Assembly: GCA_964057225.1 (NCBI GenBank)
Contig: OZ059897.1
Location: 10,106,001-10,170,000, forward strand
DNA: 64,000 nt
Direction: 5' to 3'
DNA from: Auanema rhodensis
Lineage: Eukaryota; Animalia; Nematoda
The number at the start of each line of letters is the position of its first letter. Position 1 is the stretch's first letter. Shown here in pieces: positions 63,543 to 64,000 of this stretch. A program made the translations under genes and the position numbers. The notes under the pieces are model-generated. The model was not told where the DNA came from. It did not search any database and saw only the letters and a program-made list of their open reading frames with translations.

Positions 63543-64000
63543 CAGTCATGTGTAAAAGAAAAAGGGCAAAACTTTCGAATGGTCTACTGAAGTAGTGAGA
63601 CTACAAAAAATTAAAAACTATGAAAAATAGAAATGGTGAGCAGACCACAAATCGAAAAATGCAAAAAAAACCAAAAAATTAAGACTTTATTAATATTTTG
63701 TCGGATACCCGAAATTATCAATCACAGCTTTGAGCCTTCTATTCATCGAATTGACGAGCTTCTTCAAAATACCCGGAGAAGTTTCTCGCCAGAGGATTCT
63801 TAGGCATCTGAACTTCTCGTCCTTGTTCGATGACGGAAATTTTCTTCTTCCCAAATCTCTCCATAGATGTTCGATCGGATTCAGATCGGGCGATTGACTA
63901 GGCCAGGGTAAGAGAGTGACCCTATTCTGCTGAAACCACTGTTTAGTTGTGCTTTGGGTCGTTGTCCTGCTGGAAGATGAATCTATTCCGCGTGCGGAAT
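63543..64000 (-). mobile_element. Tc1 copy 3 (runs off the window), same deletions as copy 2
   Basis: Matches the sequence from 61335 onward. Confidence 0.93.

Larger units (their letters stand above)
59111..64000 (+). repeat. Tandem array of a ~2.2-kb unit [Tc1 + 526-bp flank + Maverick terminus]
   Basis: Units start at 59111, 61335 and 63543. Confidence 0.93.

Overview
AT-rich nematode genomic DNA (introns of about 40-50 nt, TTTCAG-type acceptors; probably a rhabditid). Bases 1-42 kb are ordinary host genes: ROMO1, notchless (nle-1), a TLC-domain gene, an ML-like secreted protein, a nucleotide-sugar transferase, an SLC4A11-like abts transporter with several alternative first exons, HACL1 and osta-1. 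Bases 42-64 kb are a nest of mobile elements. The main one is an apparently intact Maverick/Polinton virus-like element of about 15.75 kb with ~1-kb TIRs and a CGCAGC target-site duplication. It encodes a chromodomain integrase, packaging ATPase, minor and major capsids, adenain protease, accessory ORFs and a protein-primed PolB. Main observations: (i) the pPolB is not a pseudogene but a 14-exon gene (13 introns, one GC-AG) that splices by hand to 1369 aa, and only the two TIR-proximal genes have introns; (ii) a spliced TIR-proximal gene, mostly missed by the ORF track, encodes a D-box/CDK-site/zinc-finger protein; (iii) a shared GYGGT motif lies just upstream of most late-module start codons, and [QML]xGxG putative cleavage motifs recur; (iv) the right terminus was split by a Tc1, flipped between two Tc1 copies and tandemly amplified, as shown by exact TSD and TA-junction matches. 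All calls come from reading the sequence by eye; no searches were run.
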